From Chara braunii (Eukaryota > Plantae > Charophyceae): a DNA stretch of 55,547 nucleotides. The position numbers and the translations under genes are program-made. The stretch's first letter is position 1. Each line of letters opens with the position of its first letter. The stretch lies in the NCBI GenBank assembly GCA_003427395.1, contig BFEA01000007.1:76760-132306 (forward strand), given 5' to 3'. This document shows positions 38,794 through 52,021 of this stretch, piece by piece. The notes under the pieces are model-generated. The model saw only the letters and a program-made list of their open reading frames with translations. It ran no database searches and was not told the DNA's origin.

Positions 38794-38842
38794 CATTAAC
38801 GTCGTACTCTTCAAATGTCCCTTCCGAGCGCTTGCGTGCCAT
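38794..38842 (-). CDS. Putative first micro-exon (MARKRSEGTFEEYDVN) followed by a GTGAGT donor
   Basis: ATG at 38842, 49 nt open, consensus G|GTGAGT at 38793. Confidence 0.35.
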
Positions 38843-40524
38843 AGTCAACGTACTAGCTAAAGCAGCTATCACTTAAACTTGATTTATTCAAAAGCAGAAA
38901 AATTAACTGGCAAAAGCGTCAGCTTGCAACCCGAAAAAAAAGAATCATGTGCGCCGTAGACTGCGAGCCCACACACTCTCTACTTCCAGTCAAACATGCT
39001 ATTGGCCTAAAAATAAATATTACCGCGACTCGCACGGTGTACTGATTTTCAAATCAAAACCTATTTCCTATCACTTACAAAAATCACGGCGGATACCTTT
39101 GCAAGGGTATTCATGTCGACACCACTTTTAAAACTTATTATGTTTCTTGCACTTTTTCGCAATTTCTCGTCGGGGATCCATAAATTTATGTAGGACTTAC
39201 ACGCGCCTTAGTGGCCACACTAGGAATTTTGTTCGACAGTTGAGAATTCCAGGATTTGCGGCCATATTTCTCACTGACGTGTCCTTTCTTGCAAGTGAAT
39301 GTTCCTAAATTCAGCCGTGAAGGCTCTATGAAATTTCAGTAGGGATGTAAATAGGCGTAGGATTTTCTCGTGTCCAATCTCGCGCGAGGAATTTTTTTAT
39401 TTTTTTTCTCAATCTTGAATTATTTTTAGAGCTCGAATGGACGACGCATGACTCTTTCAGTGCCTTTTTGTCTCTGTGTCGCCACCATGCATGCAAACTT
39501 CCCTCGCTTCCGGCTATGTCTCATGTCATCTTCACTTTTTTTTTTTTCGCGCCTTCTTTCCTTCACCCATAAGTGTTTTCAATCCCTCTCGCTTCACACT
39601 TCTCTCCCTATCCTTTTTCGTATGCATTTTTTTCCACTCCGCACTACTCTTTGCACCCTCCTTCTCACTTGCATCCCCGTCCAGGAACTCCCTGTCGATT
39701 CTGCCAAGAGTGTTCGAGTCATCAGACTACATTGTGAAAGGAGGATACTCCCCTCCCATTGTAATCTGATTATCTACAAAGGAACTCATGAGGATCGATA
39801 TGGCTTTCGCCGGGCATTTAACCCTTACTCTCTCTTCACTCCCTCCTGCATCCACCTCATTTTCTCCCATCTTCTATCTTCCTCTTCGGAACTATCAAAT
39901 TTGCAAGTGCATCCGAAAAACTCTCTCTCAACTTATCTGTCACCTTCAAAGAAGTCGTGGCTAGATGATGTGTGTGTACGGCGAGTCGAAAAGTCATGAC
40001 GAGCTAACTGTAGTTTTGCAAGACCGTGCTCGGGGTGGTCGTGGCAGATTGCGGGATTTGGGCAAATCGATGTAGAAGCTGAGTTGGCGGAGTGGCGATC
40101 GCTATGGTGTGGAGGTTGGTATGTGGCGGTTGGGATCCTCAGTACCTGGATAAGGAAAGTGTGTGTGTACGAGTGTTTGCATGGCTTTGACCATAATTAG
40201 AGAGCAGAAGGCTTGCGCGCCTTGATCTTCGGTTCCTTCTCTTATTCTGGAAGCTTTTCCTCAAAGCTATTTGTATGCTCATAACTCCACTTTCCTTAAT
40301 CCTCTTCTTTGGTCAAGCTACGACTTTGTGCACATCTATTATTTTCTTTATGAATGCTTGAATGTTCAGATGACTCCCTCGATCCTACCAGCTCCTCAGG
40401 TCTTATCCTGCTTGTCTCGTTGAAGTCCATCGGATCTCGCAAGGACAAGTATCGTTGAATTTGAGAGACCAACATACTCAGGTGATCTTGGTTTCTCCCC
40501 CTCTTTGCTCCTTAGCATCTGATG

Positions 40525-41945
40525 GTTTATGCATGAGTGATTTTTTATCCCTATTTGTCTTTGATCATCGCAACTCCTTGGACGAATCCACGGGAGCATC
40601 GAAACAAATCATGTGAAAAATATTTTTCATGCATGCATCGATTGAGTTGTTGCTATGATAACAAAAACATATTAGGATACTGATATGAGTATTCTGATGC
40701 ATGCTTAACTTGCTCGGATGAATGATGATCGTTTTCTTAATTGGATCGAATTGCATAGACCCACGCCTCGGATCGGCTTGTACGATGGATGAAAGATATT
40801 GAGAACCTAGTGTTGTGTTTGTTTATTCCTTTGATCGAACAATGGATTGACTAGACATACACTACGTTGCAACTTGTATGAACCCCCGTACGAGTACAAA
40901 TTTTTTTGTGCTCGTACGCTACTCATACGGTACTTGTACACTAGGGACCCATACGGCTTTTTGTTTTTTTTCTTAAATTATAATAAGAATCTGCAGATGA
41001 CGCTCAACCAAATGTTGTTTGTTTTCTGATGTTGCAACAATTTTTTTTTCGTAGGTTTTTTATGATTTTGTTTTTTTTTCCTCATACAGGGGTGTACAAG
41101 ACGTACGGGTTTCCATACAGATATTATCTGACAGTGTACGTTTCATACCGAGAGACCCCGTACGTCTACGTTTGATAACGTATCACATTCAGCCTTGCTT
41201 ATGCCTTGTAGACCGATTACCCCGATCCGACTAGGAGTCGACTTCCTGTATTCCCACACGCCTATTCCCATATAACGAGGAAAAGTCCCGTGTATGTGAC
41301 CGAGACAGGAAAAGTTGTCACCAACTTCAGCGGGCGCTATTATTTTTATACCGAAACAAAGTACTCAGGGTTCGTAGGTGTTGGTTTTATCATTATTGTG
41401 CATGAGTGATCTCTTATCGCTATTTGTCTTTGATGATCGTCACTCGTTGGGTGAAACTCACCGGAGCATCGAAACAAATAAGGTGAAAGACATTTTCTCG
41501 TATGCAGCGATTGAGTTATTGCTCTGATGACGAGAATGAATAAGGATTCTGATATGGTTATTCCTTTGCATGCTTAACTAATTGTGCAAATGAATGATGA
41601 CCGTCCTCTTGATTGGATCGGATTTCATAGACCCACGCCTCGGATCAGCTTGTATTATGGATAGAAGATGATAAGAACATATTGTTGTGTCTATTTATTC
41701 CTTTGATCGAATAACGGATTGAGTAGATATACACAATCGGCCTTGCTTATGCCATGTGGACCAATTACCCCGATCCGACTGGATTCAACTTCATGTATTC
41801 TCGTGACGTCCATTCTTATATAACGAGGAAAGGACACGTGTATGAGAGTGAGACGTATGAGAAGTTGTCGCCAAGATCGGCGGGCGCTATTATTTTCCTC
41901 CCGAAACAATGTGCTCAAGATTCGTAGGCGCTGTTTTTGTTATTA
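40525..41945. repeat. Old ~550-bp tandem duplication; first copy carries a MITE
   Basis: GCATGAGTGAT..CTATTTGTCTTTGAT at ~40530/41400; ATAGACCCACGCCTCGGATC at ~40756/41627; CCGAAACAA at ~41351/41901. Confidence 0.85.
40862..41183. mobile_element. hAT-type MITE (CTACG family), older copy
   Basis: CTACGTTGC...ATAACGTAT; degenerate TSD GACATACA/CACATTCA; absent from the paralogous unit at ~41730. Confidence 0.8.
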
Positions 41946-43373
41946 TTGATACTCACTTTGCCTCGTACTCCTTATTATTGACTTTTAAAGAATTGATTGT
42001 CACCCTGTGGACGGCGGTGACACCTCATTGGCCCAACGCTGTGTAGTGATTGTCGTCACACCGAACGTTATCGGAAAAAGGGGTTCCACTACCGGGCACA
42101 TAGCGAGGACGAACACAAGGAAATAGCGACTAGGCTGAGGCCGTCCACGTCGAATTTCGTCCTCTGTAATGAATGACACCAAAACTTAATTCGAAACGAG
42201 ATCCTACGTGCGTACCCCTGCCTTTCCGTTCGAAAAGACGTCGAGTAACCCGCATGGAAACTTAAAGATATTTTTTGGATTAAACGAACGTTTGAAAGCA
42301 TCACACGCTATTTCTTTCCCGCGCCGCCATGACCATTTCTCATTAAAACTGGAACCATACGACGAATTTAAGTTACATCTGTGTCTTCACACTCAATTTT
42401 TCAAAAATCATTGGCACACCCCATTTTATTGTTTTTCAACGGCTTGTTCCGCATTTTTTGTCCTTCCGACCGGAAGATAGTACAGGGCGTGAGGTTGAAC
42501 GCCACACACTCCCACAATCATTTGCAACTTGTAGTGCAGCAGTAGACTATAGTCGTCTCTCTCGAATGCAATGCACCCTCATCATCGTTGTACGAGACCA
42601 GAAAGATAGCTTGTATATATCCACAATGGGGTTGAATTGTGTTCAAGGGACGACGGTAGTAGTACGCAGCACTTTGTTGGAAACCTTCCTTACTTGCTGG
42701 TCGGCATCTTGACCTAATCGACCAAAAACTTATAAAGAAGAAGACCGTTTGGTATCGTCCAGTTCAATCAACCCATCTCAAAACCCCATAAGCCAAGACT
42801 ATGGTAGCCCTAGATTTGGTGACCCAAAGTTTAAGGTTCAGATCCACAATTTTAATGTCGCCTAGTGCAACAATGGTGGTCCTCCATGCAAAGGTAGCGG
42901 AGCACCCGCAATCGATGTCAATATATTTTCTAAAAACAACAAGCGACAAACCTTTGGATTTCCTTCAAGTATTCTTCAAGTGCGCTCCTGTGGCTTTTTT
43001 TAACCCCCGAGGGCATTCATTGTAACAGTTCAAGTTGCAGTTTCTCATCAAAACCAAGCCTCTGAATCAGGTCTAAACTGCACATGCACAATCACTAAGC
43101 ATCAACTGAAGTTTCCAATCAACGCCTTGACATGCATCAGACTCATTTCTTAGCTCATGTCCATGGAGGATGTGGACGATAGGCCTCTAGGTAGGTAGGT
43201 AGTCTTCCAATCGTTCTTCATGCAGTGTGGTATGTATCATGGCCTACCAAGGACTTCGGGGGGTTATGTCCCCGAGGACTCCTACCCCTGACCACCACCC
43301 TTGTTTGGAAATAAGTCTTTGCACATAGGACCAGACCTGAGGGTCCAAGCAATGGTGCATAAGATGCTATTGT

Positions 43374-43556
43374 AACAACCATTTCGTTAAAATGAACTTT
43401 TGATATTTTTTGAACGAAATCGTGTGACTTAATTGAAGTCTATATACATCCAACGGGAACCCTGAAAAGGTAAAATGGTGATATTTTTAGGGTCAAATAC
43501 GTAGGTTTCAATTTCGTTCAAAAAATATAAAATGTCTGTTTAACGAAATCGTTGTT
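43374..43556. mobile_element. Small fold-back MITE with 4-bp TSD
   Basis: ~50-bp TIR AACAACCATTTCGTTAAA...TTTAACGAAATCGTTGTT flanked by TTGT/TTGT. Confidence 0.75.
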
Positions 43557-44143
43557 TTGTGACTCGGGGCAGTTGTGTTCAAGTTGCAACTGGGTTTGAG
43601 GACCTCTTTGGCAAGAGAGGAATCATGATGTATAGTTGTGCTCACCACTGTTTGGTTGTTAGTGGTGGGGACGGTGAAGAGGGGGGTACTATGTCGGCGC
43701 TTGTTTTCGGATTAAATTTTGCAAATTCACCAAGTTGCCGCAAAACTAAACGAGGAGTATGCAACCTGTGGGATATAGGTTCTAAAGAGCAAAGTTCGAC
43801 AAGAAACCCCCGACTCAGAAAAAAATACAAACGAACCCCTTCCCCAAACAACAAAAGTGGGCCTGGTTCCATGCATGAGCCACTTCACACAGATAGACTA
43901 TTAGACTAGAGCAAAAGTCTCCACAAAGAGGAAAAAAAGAGGTTGTTACATCTTGGGCACAGAAACAAGAAAAAATATTCATTTTGGTTCCTCGAGATGC
44001 ATCACGAATAAAGAGATCCATACGGGCCATTACGAGTCTGGTAGAGGTCGGGTCCACACTAAGGGAGCAAACGTCAGGCGTTCGAGGCGAGGGCTCCGCA
44101 AAACCTAGGATGGTAGGTCGAAGGCAGCCCAGGCGTGTGGCCT

Positions 44144-44203
44144 GGGGTTTAGGGTTTAGAGTTTAGGGTTTAGTGTTATAGGGTTCAAGGTTTGGGGTTT
44201 AGG
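44144..44203 (+). repeat. Degenerate interstitial telomeric (TTTAGGG)n
   Basis: GGGGTTTAGGGTTTAGAGTTTAGGGTTTAG...; a second tract at ~49763-49812. Confidence 0.8.
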
Positions 44204-44623
44204 TGCGTGAGGCATACTGCCTGCTGCAAACAGTGGGAAGGTCTATTTTCTACCACTTACCTCATCCCGAGGTACCAGACAGAACTCAGTCAAGGCAGTT
44301 GCTCAACACATTTTCCTCAGTGTTTCACTTCATGGACTGCCCGGAATGCCAAAGGTGCGTAGCACTAGCTATGTGAGCAAAAAGTGTGTCCCTTGAGCTA
44401 GAGCTTGACAACACCAGTATGGAGAAGCGTGGGACACTCGATTGAGCGATCTAGGATAGAGGAGGATTGTCATGACTTACCTTGAGGTGTTGAGGTGGAG
44501 GTCTGTGAAGGACACCTGAGTAAAGTTCTTGAGGTTTACCTTTTGAGAGGCACCACACTTCATTTAATTAGTCAGCATCATGTGTTGGTGAACATAACCA
44601 GAGCTCTGGTAGTGGTGCGAATT

Positions 44624-44668
<45 letters not shown>

Positions 44669-47183
44669 AAGAAAGAGAGAGCATTGAAAATTCCAAACGA
44701 ACTTCTTTGTTAATTATTTTCTACTTAATGAATTGGTTGATTATTTATTGATTCATTTCATCACTCTCTTAAGTGGTCAATGAATTGATTGATTATTCCT
44801 TCATTCATTTGATCGCTCTCTTTACTCGCCAATGAGTGCAACAGCCTAGACTTTTGTTTTCAATTTGAAAGGTTGTTATTTGAATTGAGATGAATATTTA
44901 ATTCTTGTCAAATAGTTACTGAACCCATTCATAAATAGCGATTGGAAATTGACATAGTAGTGGTTTTATGAATCTAACAAAAACCAAAGTAATAGAGCAC
45001 TGGTGTGAATTATGATTAACTTATAGTTTACATCAATCAACATGAAGGCTTGACTGACATATAGGAGTTACAATTTTAATGGAAATTCATAATTATTTAC
45101 ACGGATGAAGATTGTCATTATGCATAAACGATTAGGTTAGCTCACTGCAAGGCGAGATACTTAAGCATTCAACTTGACAGTTAGAAGTATTAAACACAAA
45201 GTTGGAAATATTAAGAAGTGACATGTGATGTTGTACCTACCTACCATAGTACGTGAGGAACACATTGCCATGGCGTTTTAATATTATAATCATGATCATG
45301 ATATGATGATAATATATTTACGTTATCAATGTGAATATATATGTTGGTTATCAGTATTATCCATGATGTCAATGACTTCTATCTTAAGATTTTGTATGGT
45401 GTTTTTTTTTTTTTTTTTGGCCACGTTTTGATAACGCATGTCTAATGAGTTGCTTGTTTTATTTTCGTTCTCCTAGATCGATCTATTACAGTGACTGTCC
45501 TTTACAATTTTATGTGACTAGCGAGGAGTTTCGCAAGTCAATAACAGAATACATCTCTTTTACATTTTATTATTTTGCACAACATTACATTTGTTTTCAA
45601 ATTTGGAGACTTTGGCACCATTGCGCCTTCTAGGTATACTAGGAATTTTGTCATCATCACATCACTCTACAACTCCGCCTATGTTCTTCGCTTTGGAGTT
45701 TGGACAATTCTCCTTACTACAATATTAGTCTTTCTACTCCTTCTTCGCGTACATGTACATGTTGTGTCCTGTCTTTTTTATGTTCGTACGTGGGTAACCA
45801 GCAGGGGTAGCCCAGTTATGCCATAAATAGATAAAATTTCGGTGAAGGTCCTCAACAGTCATAGTGTAATAAAAAAAAGAACTACAAAAAAAACTATGTT
45901 ATGCAGAATTACACATCAAAGTTATGAAATTATTTTTTGTTAAAGGTGATCCCGAAATTCATTATGAAAGTTTAAATAAAAATAAAAAGTAAAACATTAA
46001 ACTTGATTCCACCCCCTTTAAGTTGCTTTGAGAACCTTTGAACTCGCTCATACCTCACACACAATTTTTGATGAGACAACACAAATTCAAAAATATATCG
46101 AATTTCGACACATCTCAGTGAATATAAATTTTCGACAAGCAAAAGAAAACAAATAACCCTTTTTTTGTTCTCACCCGAGTACCCCTAGTTGATCGCCCCC
46201 CAGAAAGTTCGTCCGCGTCGCCCAACCAGATGCCCCGGTCAAGGCGACGCTTGTAGCCAATATATATCTCATTTAAGTAACTTCTATTTCAGCTAGTTTG
46301 CCTTCCAACCTTTTCCATTTTCTTTCCCATTTATCCCCAGTTCCCTTGCTCTCTTGTCTTTTTTTATTTCTACTTCATTCCAATTTGGATTGCCAAACAA
46401 CGAAGGATGTCGGATCGATGTGTGATATAGGGTGCAAATTTTCGTTGCTCGGCTTCATCATGCGTTATTTTAAAATTTTGAACGGTAGTGTATGAAATTA
46501 ATTACATATTTTGCATTTGTCTTTGTTTTTATTTTACGTGGGATTAACCTTTATTAAATTGTCCTTCCTTTCATGGGTTTGTTTCTTTTCGTTTTTGTTT
46601 TACAATACTGACCTCATCATGAGAGACTAACGACCTAAATTACATTTTAGTATCTAAAATCTTAGACAAACTCTTTAACCTAAATTTGAATCTCATTCCT
46701 AACTTCAATAAAAAAAAATGTAATCGACCTCTCACAAACATGGTAAGATATCTCAGATTATTATATATTGTAGAACTCGAATAAATTATTCAACAACCGA
46801 GATATAATTTGTACTTTTATGATCTTTATAAAATTTCTATTTTGGTTTATTAGAGTTCCTCATATGAAAAACAGTCAAGCATAAGAGACATAATGGTCTT
46901 AGTTTTACGAAAGATATGAGGGTCATATGATAGGAAGTAGATTAAAAAATTAAGATATTTTTTTTAGACGTTCTTAAGAGCTTATAAAAAAAAAATCCCT
47001 TTTTTTTATTTTTACATCAAAATAGGTTGTGAATTCCACTTTTATCTTTAAATATATATACATTTTATTACACATATGTTATTTAGAAAGTTTTCCATGT
47101 CCGGCCCAAGCGTGGCGCCCGCATGGGTCTGACGCCCAGGGAATCTGGGTGTGCAAAAAAAAAACAAAAAAACTCTCTATATA

Positions 47184-47469
47184 CTAGGCTACCAGTCGGG
47201 CGGCCCGGTTCCCAGGTGGCCAGCCCGTGCAAGGACGAGGGAAGGTTCCAGCAAAAAAAAAAAAAAAAAATCAAAATCCAAAAAATCCAAAAAAAAAACT
47301 ATGTTATGCAGCAAAATAAATTGAACAACTCTTGCCTCAGGGCCGCATCGAAATTCTTCACCAAATTTAGAATAAAAAATAAAATTAAAAAATAATTTTT
47401 ATTTTTTATTTTATTTTTATTTTTTTGGCCCGGCCGGGCAAGTGACCCCGGGCCACTCTGGTAGCCTAG
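47184..47469. mobile_element. hAT-type MITE (CTAGG family)
   Basis: TIR CTAGGCTACCAG...CTGGTAGCCTAG; TSD TCTATATA/TCTATACA. Confidence 0.85.
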
Positions 47470-47706
47470 TCTATACATATATTCTTGTTTTTCTGTGCTC
47501 TCCCAGAGGACCCCAAACCCGTCCTTATTTTATTTTTGGAGAGTTGGCTGTAAATGGGGGGAAAGGGGGGTATAAATTGATTTTAAAGGGGCTAAGAGGG
47601 TTTTAAAGGGGGGTTTTTTAGTATGCATTTTTTTTTTTAAATCTCCGATTCAGTGCGGAATTCGGATGTGACCCTCACCCAAAAGTTATTCGTATTGCAA
47701 TTCTAC

Positions 47707-47751
47707 CTAGGCTACTAGACTGGCCCGGGGTCACCAACCCGGCCGGGCGAA

Positions 47752-47824
<73 letters not shown>

Positions 47825-48018
47825 AATTTTTTTTCTAAATTTTGTGAAGAATTTTGGTGTGACCCTGAGGCAAAAGTTGTTCAGTTTAGTTTTTGGCATA
47901 ACATAGTTTTTTGTGGATTTATTTGATTTGCGTTTTTTTTTTTTTTTTTTTGGGGACCTCCTTTGGTCCTTACACGGGATGGCCACTCGGGACCCGGGCG
48001 ACCCGACTCGTAGCCGAG
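47707..48018. mobile_element. hAT-type MITE (CTAGG family), inverted copy
   Basis: CTAGGCTAC...GTAGCCGAG; TSD AATTCTAC/AATTCAAC; empty-site-like paralog near 48515. Confidence 0.8.
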
Positions 48019-49245
48019 AATTCAACACAACATTTTGTTTTTTTGGAATTTATTTCCTTTCGTTTTTTGTTTTTTTTTTTGGGTGTTGGAGCTGCCCGAA
48101 ACCCTGTCCAGGGGCCCAGAAAAACAACCTAATATTTTATTTTATTATTATTGTTTTTGAATTTTGTTTTTATTTTAGCCATGATGTCGATAAAGTAGAA
48201 TATGAAGTACAACCTCTATATTATGGATTACAATGCATATACAAAATAATTATATTTTGTATACACAAGAGATAGACTGCAATGAGCAACACATTGAGGG
48301 TAAATCTACTTGTACTCCTGATCAAACCAATCTAAAGCTAAGCCATCTTCATCCTAGCAGGAGCCTATCGCCTTACTACTAACTACACACCTAGAAAATT
48401 AAAAGAAGTAAAACGTAGTGAGGGAGGTGCCTTTGTGTGATTCTGTTATTTTCTTTTTTATCTCCGATTCAATGAGGAATCATAATGTGACCCTCAACCA
48501 AAAGTGGTTTGCATTTCAATCCTACAAAACATTTTTTTTTTTCGGAATTTTTTGAGTGTTTTTTTTTTTTTTTTTTGGCGCTGGGGCTGCTCGGAACCCT
48601 GCCCAGGGGTTATGCCCGGCCGGGCACCCGGGCGTGTACCTGGGCAGAAGTTGGGTGCCCGGGCGCCCGAGAAAACAACCTAGTTATAAATCACGCAATT
48701 TATGAATAAGGGTTTGTCTGAAACTTTCTATTAAATTGAAATCAAAATATAAAGAGTAAAATAATGTAACATCTCTTTGAGTCGTTTTAACCTCCTTTAA
48801 ACCTTTTAATACTTGTTTATACCTTGCATATCCCTTATATAAGTGGTCACTAAACTCAGAGGAATAGTTACGTTCTGACACTCACAGTGGGTGCAAAAAT
48901 GTCCCACGATCTCCTCCAATTATTTTTTTTAGCATCTCATTTTATAGTTTATCTCCTTTACTTAGATAAGTAGGTCCAAGTTATACTAATTTTAAAAGTT
49001 TTTTGTAACAACTCTTAAACGAGGTCATAAGTTTATAGGTGTAGATATTTGGATTTTGGCTACTATACATAAGCCTTAATGGTTTTCAACCAGTAATTTA
49101 AGTTATCCATCTACGGTATGGGCTAAGAGGATGTAAGACAAATTTTACGTTTTCATTTAATATACAGTATGTATTGCTTTGTAGTACTTCAAATAGCATG
49201 GGTTCTATATGGGTGACGTGTAATGATCGACGTGATAAATTTGGG

Positions 49246-49341
49246 CTACGTTACCGAACGTACACGTACGGGGCCTTTCCATACGAAACGTACAGATAAT
49301 ATCTGTACGGGAACTTGTGCGCCCCCCGTACGACCCGTACG

Positions 49342-49372
<31 letters not shown>

Positions 49373-49586
49373 CCAAAAAATCCGAAAAACATATATGTGA
49401 TGTAAAATCCTAGGACAAGAAACATTTGTTAGAGCACCATCTGCAGATTCTTATTAGAATTGGAGAAAAAAAATAAAAATTAAAATAAAAAATTAAAAAA
49501 AATCGTACGGGCCTTCAGTACGAGTAGCGTAAAAGAAATGAGTACAACTTGTACTCATACGGGGGTGAGTACAAATCGCAACGTAA
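49246..49586. mobile_element. hAT-type MITE (CTACG family)
   Basis: Near-identical to 1008-1363; TSD AATTTGGG. Confidence 0.9.
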
Positions 49587-49960
49587 AATTTGGGGATGTG
49601 TGCATTAAGGAAGAAATGAAGGTGGGGACATGTATACGGTTTTGCTTTATTTATTTTAGATGTTGTATTTCAAGTATAAAATGAGAGTATTACTTGCCCT
49701 TAAACGTTTAGGGACTATGATACGTATAGATTCAAGGCATATAGGCCCTGAATATATGTCATATAGGGTAAGGGTGTGGGTTTAGGGTTTAAGGTATAGC
49801 CTTAGGGTTTAGAATGTCGAGGTACGACCACAATATCGATATTAATCATAATCCTTACATCGAAAGTCCTCTACTGTAGCACGTGATTCGACAAAGTGCA
49901 AAAGTATATTAGCAGCAACAAAAGTACGATAACACAAAGATAATGTGATAAAGAACCAAG

Positions 49961-50326
49961 TTGCATTGCCACTTATACGCACCCTCGTACGAGTACGGAT
50001 TCGTACCCCTGTACTCGTACGTTACTCGTACGTTAGGGGCACCGTACTACGATGTTTTATTTTTTTTTAAAATCCGGTATTGCTTTTTTTTTTCCTCTCA
50101 AGTTCTAATAAAAATATGGAGATAATGCTCAACCAAATGTTGCTTGTTTTGTGCTGTTTCATCACATAGTTTTATTTTTTGGATTTTTTTGATGATTTTG
50201 TTTTTCTTCGCACGGGGGTGTACAAGACGTACAGGTTGCTGTACAGGTTCTTGTACAGATCCCGTACAAATATTACCTGTACGTTTCATACGGAAACACC
50301 CCGTACGTATACTCTACGCAACGTAG
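49961..50326. mobile_element. hAT-type MITE (CTACG family), inverted
   Basis: Homolog of 15638-16009; TSD GAACCAAG. Confidence 0.9.
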
Positions 50327-50794
50327 GAACCAAGTCAGAAAAAGAAAAGGTATTAATTTCTACCCTATCATTCTTCCAACTTCCTTCTATTACATTTTCG
50401 TCCTCTTACTTTCTACCACTTATCAAAGTTTTAATTCCTCAAACATGACGTTTTAAATTTTGAGTCACCCTATGGGGTTTATACTCAAAACCAACCTTTG
50501 GTGGTATTAGATAGTAGAAGTACCATTTAAACGTTTTATGAGACAAGGTGTAAGGTAGAACGTTATATGCGTTACTACCATTTAACATTTACCATGTTTC
50601 TACAAACTTCTAACAAAAGTAAGCGTAGAGGTGTAGGAACTTGCAAAATTTATATCTTATTGTGATTTCTTAGAACGCCATATGCGCTACCACCATTTGA
50701 CATTTTCCCTTTCCCGATGAACTTCCTAACAAAAGTAAGTGACAAGTATGAACATGCATAACTCATATTTTTTTCTAATATATATATATATATA

Positions 50795-51589
50795 CAAGGT
50801 TACCTGACCGACCGTTCGGGGGGCCCCGGGCTGGCCCCCGAACGTTTGGGCGTTCGGGATCCTGTTCGGGGGTTGAACACCTCCAGGTTTGGCCCTCACC
50901 AAAAAATATTTCGGGGCCTAAAAATAAGTTTTATTTTCTGAATTTGTTTTTGTGAGTTCTGTACAATGTAGCTTACACGCCTGTGAATTTTTAAGCTATT
51001 CTGCCAATCCAAAAAAATATTAAAAATCGTCAAAGATGGGGGTGTCAAAACGTGCTCGCCCACTCACTATTTTGTTTTTTTTCATTTTTTACTTTTGTTT
51101 TTCACTTTATTTCGGGGCCTAAAAAAAAATATTATTTTTATAAAAAAATTTTAATGAGTTATTGATTATGTAAACTATATATCTGTAAATTTTCAGGGCA
51201 TTTGTCAATGCCAAAAGATAATTAAAAGTCGGCAAAGATGGCGGTGTCGAAAAGGTGCTGGCACACTCACTCATTTTAATTCTGTTTTTATTTTTTCTTA
51301 TTTTTATCATAGTGTTTATTTTCTGTATTGGATTTTTAATTCAAATTTGGTAACGAATTTGGATGTAGTGCCCAGGCAAATGTTGTTTAATTTATTTTTC
51401 TCCATAACATATGTTTTTTTCGGAATGTTTTGATTTTTTTTTATTTTTATTTTTTTATTTATTATTTTTTTTTTTTNNNNNNNNNNNNNNNNNNNNNNNN
51501 NNNNNNNNNNNNNNNNCTTCCGAAGGGGTCCCGTACGTTTGGGCGTTCGGGTTCGGGCGTTCGGCCCGTCCCGAATGCCGGTAACCCTG
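50795..51589. mobile_element. CAGGG-family MITE in (TA)n
   Basis: CAAGGTTACC...GGTAACCCTG with TATATATA on both sides. Confidence 0.88.
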
Positions 51590-51748
51590 TATATATATAT
51601 ATTACATCGTAAATCCCTCCTTATGGTTTTTTATTTTAAAATAAAAAATGTATAAATTGTAAAGTAATATGTAGTAGTATAGATTTAGTCTACAATCTAC
51701 AAATAATGTTTTCACACTATATACATATACCGATGACAGTTCAATGCA

Positions 51749-51840
51749 GTAATTACACCACCCATACACTATGTAACTTATAAAGAGTGTAAAGTAATTA
51801 CACCACCCATACACTATGTAACTTATAAAGAGTGTAAAGT
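51749..51840. repeat. Perfect ~45-bp tandem duplication
   Basis: AGTAATTACACCACCCATACACTATGTAACTTATAAAGAGTGTAA twice. Confidence 0.9.
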
Positions 51841-52021
51841 CCATAGTTCTATGTACACGATGTTCATGTAGTGTATAACGCTTAGGTGTGTCATTTATAC
51901 ACCTGAAACTCTCCTATCATGTAGTAAAAAGGACGTATAGACCATGTCATTGGTCCATACTACGAGTTCTTCCCCCAGTGGGATCCCACTTCCTCGCTTG
52001 GGTAAAACGGTTAGTACGAGC

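Larger units (their letters stand above)
36287..38850. mobile_element. U6-bearing retroelement-like segment, copy 2
   Basis: Homolog of 28490-31360; directly follows the hairpin array. Confidence 0.65.

Noticed and set aside
42560-43370. Decayed transposase or host exon
   Set aside because: Composition is coding-like, but there are many stops and no motif I can recognise.
44144-44203. True chromosome end
   Set aside because: Short, degenerate and internal.
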